Under the pieces are notes generated by a model. The model saw only the letters and a program-made list of their open reading frames with translations. It did no database searches and was not told the origin of the DNA. The position numbers and the translations under genes are program-made. From NCBI GenBank assembly GCA_965223825.1, contig OZ245018.1, positions 1,097,032 through 1,161,031 on the forward strand: DNA of 64,000 nt. Reading direction: 5' to 3'. Below are positions 61,900 to 64,000 of the stretch, piece by piece. How positions within the stretch are numbered: position 1 is the stretch's first letter; each line of letters opens with the position of its first letter. The stretch is from Gammaproteobacteria bacterium (lineage in GTDB: Bacteria > Pseudomonadota > Gammaproteobacteria > CAJXQU01).

Positions 61900-62053
61900 A
61901 TCTAGAAACCAGGCAAATATAGGCCTATTAACCTGCCCGTAAGATTTTTTCCTGAACTTAATCTTGAAGTATGAATCTAGGTGTTATGCCTAAACCACGT
62001 GGGTTATAGTGGTTTCTTGTGTTACTACAATTATGTTTCTCTGGAGGATCAGA

Positions 62054-62911
62054 ATGTCTAAAATTAAAACAATATCGCTGATCGCATCTGTATTATCCGT
62101 CTTTACAACCGGCTTGGTGCGAGCTGAAGAAAGTGCAGAAATTCCTGATCGGTTTCGTGTTTGCGCCGATCCTTATTCTTTGCCAAGTTCCAATAAAGCT
62201 GAGGAAGGTTACGAAAATAAAATTGCCGCTTTATTTGCAAAAGAGATGGGGGTGCCTGTTGAGTTTGAATGGTTCCCACAACGCATTGGTTTTATTCGCA
62301 ATACATTGAAAAATAACGATACAGAAGATGGACGTTATAAATGCGATATCGTAATGGGTGTTAATGCTGGTTTTGAACAAGCTGCCACTACAAAACCTTA
62401 TTTCCGTTCTTCTTGGAGCATGGTTTATGTCAAAGATCGCGGCCTAGATTTTGTTAAGTCACAAGATGATCTCAAGAATCTGAGTGATGATCAGAAAAAA
62501 ATGTTACGTATTGGTATCTTTGATCGTTCACCAGCGACAGAGTTTGTTTTCAATCAAGGTTTGATGGATCAAGCTTTTCCTTATCAAATTATGATGGGTG
62601 ATGCTCGTGCATATCCGGGTCAAATCATTGAAGAAGATTTGGTAGATGATGAAATTAACCTCACGTTTGTGTGGGGGCCGATCGCGGGTTACTTTGCGCA
62701 ACAAGTTGAGAAAGAGAAAGGGCTTAATTTAGCCGTTATTCCGATGATGAATGAAGATAATATTAAGTTTGATCATAGCATTACGATGGCAGTTCGTTAT
62801 GGCGAGAAGGCATGGAAAGACAAAGTAAATGCGATGATCGAAAAGCATCAGGATGAAATTAATAAAATCCTGACTGATTACAGAGTACCATTACTGGAAT
62901 TGAAAGATTGA
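62054..62911 (+). CDS. periplasmic substrate-binding-like protein of the MxaJ/quinoprotein-dehydrogenase-associated family (PBP type 3 fold)
   Basis: The ATG at 62054 follows a ggagga RBS, and a signal peptide is present (MSKIKTISLIASVLSVFTTGLVRA). An RVCADPYSLPSS motif resembles the MxaJ-family LRVCA..ELPYS motif. The assignment is from memory. Confidence 0.5.
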   Translation: MSKIKTISLIASVLSVFTTGLVRAEESAEIPDRFRVCADPYSLPSSNKAEEGYENKIAALFAKEMGVPVEFEWFPQRIGFIRNTLKNNDTEDGRYKCDIVMGVNAGFEQAATTKPYFRSSWSMVYVKDRGLDFVKSQDDLKNLSDDQKKMLRIGIFDRSPATEFVFNQGLMDQAFPYQIMMGDARAYPGQIIEEDLVDDEINLTFVWGPIAGYFAQQVEKEKGLNLAVIPMMNEDNIKFDHSITMAVRYGEKAWKDKVNAMIEKHQDEINKILTDYRVPLLELKD

Positions 62912-62928
62912 GGTCAATTGGAATTAAA

Positions 62929-63705
62929 ATGAATAATAAAATATTACTAAGCAGTGTTTTGGGGGTGCTCGTTGGCATTGCAACTAACACCGCTTTTGCT
63001 GAAGGTGCTGAAGAAAAAAACGTTTACAAAGAATTGGAAGAAAAAGGAATTTCCATTGGTGGCTTGAGTGATTCTCCACATCGGGATATTAATGATGTCG
63101 AGCTATCTGAAGCTGAGATATTGCTTTGGGAAACTGATCAACTTAAAAACATTATGAAACCGACGATTATTCGCTATGAGTTTGAGCGTAAAAGTCAGAT
63201 GGATGATGGTTTTACAGACTCAGTGGAATTGGACGTTTATAAGATTAAAGATGATGGGATGAAATCAGCATCTGTGACGTTTTTTACTGGCGATCGTAAT
63301 CAAATGGTGCCGCCTAATGAAAACACGAATGGCAATCCTATTCTCGGCATTTACCTGCAAGGTGATGTGTATGAGATGAATCGATTAACAGAAGGGAATT
63401 GGCGCTATTTTCATCGTCGAATCAAGTTCGCACTTTCAGAAGCAGCTGAGATCGAGCCAGTGACGTTTTCTGTTGATGGTAAAGAGTATCAAGGTAAGAA
63501 AGTTACTATAACGCCATATGAAAATGATCCTAAGCGTAAAATGTTCGAAGAGTATGCGGATAAAATCTACGAGGTGATCGTGAGTGAAGAGATTCCTGGT
63601 ATGCTTTATCAGATACAAACAATTGTTCCTGCGAAAAAAGATGCGCAGACCGCTGAGCCTGTTATGGTCGAAACATTGGTTTTTGCCGGTGCAGAAGTCT
63701 CTTGA
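62929..63705 (+). CDS. secreted hypothetical protein (Cys-free, Glu/Lys-rich)
   Basis: The ATG at 62929 gives a signal peptide (MNNKILLSSVLGVLVGIATNTAFA); the ORF is open from 62908. It lies directly downstream of the MxaJ-like gene. No family was recognised. Confidence 0.4.
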   Translation: MNNKILLSSVLGVLVGIATNTAFAEGAEEKNVYKELEEKGISIGGLSDSPHRDINDVELSEAEILLWETDQLKNIMKPTIIRYEFERKSQMDDGFTDSVELDVYKIKDDGMKSASVTFFTGDRNQMVPPNENTNGNPILGIYLQGDVYEMNRLTEGNWRYFHRRIKFALSEAAEIEPVTFSVDGKEYQGKKVTITPYENDPKRKMFEEYADKIYEVIVSEEIPGMLYQIQTIVPAKKDAQTAEPVMVETLVFAGAEVS

Positions 63706-63750
63706 TCTGATCTAGGAAGAGGCCTTGACAGGCACTATTCTGATCTAAAA

Positions 63751-63774
63751 AGCCCTGCAATTGCAGGGCTTTTT
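63751..63774. terminator. bidirectional rho-independent terminator between convergent genes
   Basis: The perfect palindrome agccctgcaattgcagggct has AAAAA upstream and TTTT downstream. Confidence 0.6.
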
Positions 63775-63775
63775 A

Positions 63776-64000
63776 TTATTTTACTTGTCTATTCATTGTT
63801 GTGAGTACGCCTGACAGAAAGATTAATAATGCTCCTAGAATGGAGGTTAGATCAAAAATTTCTCGCCAGAATAACCAACCGAATGTCGCTGCAAACACCA
63901 CATTGGTATAAGCAAAAGCACCGATCTTCGCAGCAGGGGCCATTTTATAAGCATAGGTCATGAGCAATTGTGCTTTCGTGGCTAATAAGCCTGCACCTAA
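63776..64000 (-). CDS. C-terminal part of a DMT-superfamily (EamA-like) transporter; N-terminus lies beyond the window end
   Basis: The minus-strand frame stays open to position 64000 (...LGAGLLATKAQLLMTYAYKMAPAAKIGAFAYTNVVFAATFGWLFWREIF...), so the M at 63967 in the track is internal. The C-terminal helices are EamA-like. Confidence 0.55.
   Translation of the reverse strand, partial: LGAGLLATKAQLLMTYAYKMAPAAKIGAFAYTNVVFAATFGWLFWREIFDLTSILGALLIFLSGVLTTMNRQVK

Noticed and set aside
1-64000. Search for CRISPR arrays, IS elements, integrases and phage genes
   Set aside because: No spacer-repeat periodicity, no transposase or integrase-like ORF, and no tRNA-adjacent island were seen. The only tRNA is in its conserved secG context, followed by core genes.

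Overview
This window reads as a core chromosomal segment of a Gram-negative, probably gammaproteobacterial genome (gene order, NDH-1 and secG-tRNA-Leu(GAG) arrangement are typical). I saw no transposases, integrases, phage genes, CRISPR arrays or rRNA, so this is not a classic mobile island or defence island. The loci most likely to harbour something undescribed are listed at the end of this summary.

Called features, in order:
- 1-2.5 kb: 3' end of a hypothetical gene, a Wzx-type polysaccharide flippase, and a small secreted ORF.
- 2.5-7.2 kb: a formate/molybdenum-cofactor module, moaA-fdhD, divergent from a large OFA-family MFS transporter, followed by a fused SoxY-SoxZ-like carrier protein.
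- 7.3-9.7 kb: a translationally coupled pair, an internally duplicated BON-repeat/OmpA-C protein and a membrane HhH (DUF4332-like) protein.
- 9.9-11.1 kb: tpiA, secG and tRNA-Leu(GAG).
- 11.2-25.6 kb: complete nuoABCDEFGHIJKLMN with unfused nuoC and nuoD.
- 25.6-26.8 kb: a Trp-rich secreted hypothetical protein coupled to the nuoN stop.
- 26.9-31.7 kb: speA (TTG start), a METTL21-like methyltransferase, and a coupled agmatinase-like/deoxyhypusine-synthase-like pair.
- 31.9-32.4 kb: a stand-alone GAF protein.
- 32.6-41.6 kb: a minimal cellulose-synthase operon bcsA-bcsB-bcsZ-bcsC.
- 41.8-42.6 kb: fabI.
- 42.6-49.8 kb: a six-gene, fully overlapping operon. It is a Yej/Opp-type peptide ABC importer with an embedded YciA-like thioesterase and a RelA/SpoT-type small alarmone hydrolase.
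- 49.8-54.9 kb: a secreted HExxH metallopeptidase with a PEP-CTERM-like tail, a small membrane protein, a 2TM K+ channel with tandem RCK domains, and a secreted GH5-like hydrolase with TSP3 Ca-binding repeats.
- 55.0-60.4 kb: lepA-lepB-DUF4845-rnc-era-recO.
- 60.4-63.7 kb: two tandem pseudoazurin (cupredoxin) paralogues, one lipid-anchored by a long acidic linker, followed by an MxaJ-family periplasmic binding protein and an unknown secreted protein.
- 63.8-64.0 kb: a partial EamA transporter running off the end of the window.

The hunt findings of most interest are the ABC importer with two embedded hydrolases, the pseudoazurin pair sitting next to a quinoprotein-dehydrogenase accessory gene, the SoxYZ-like carrier beside formate genes, the DHS-like/ureohydrolase pair, and the secreted hypothetical gene appended to the nuo operon. 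All functional assignments are from motif-level reading of the translations; nothing was searched against a database.
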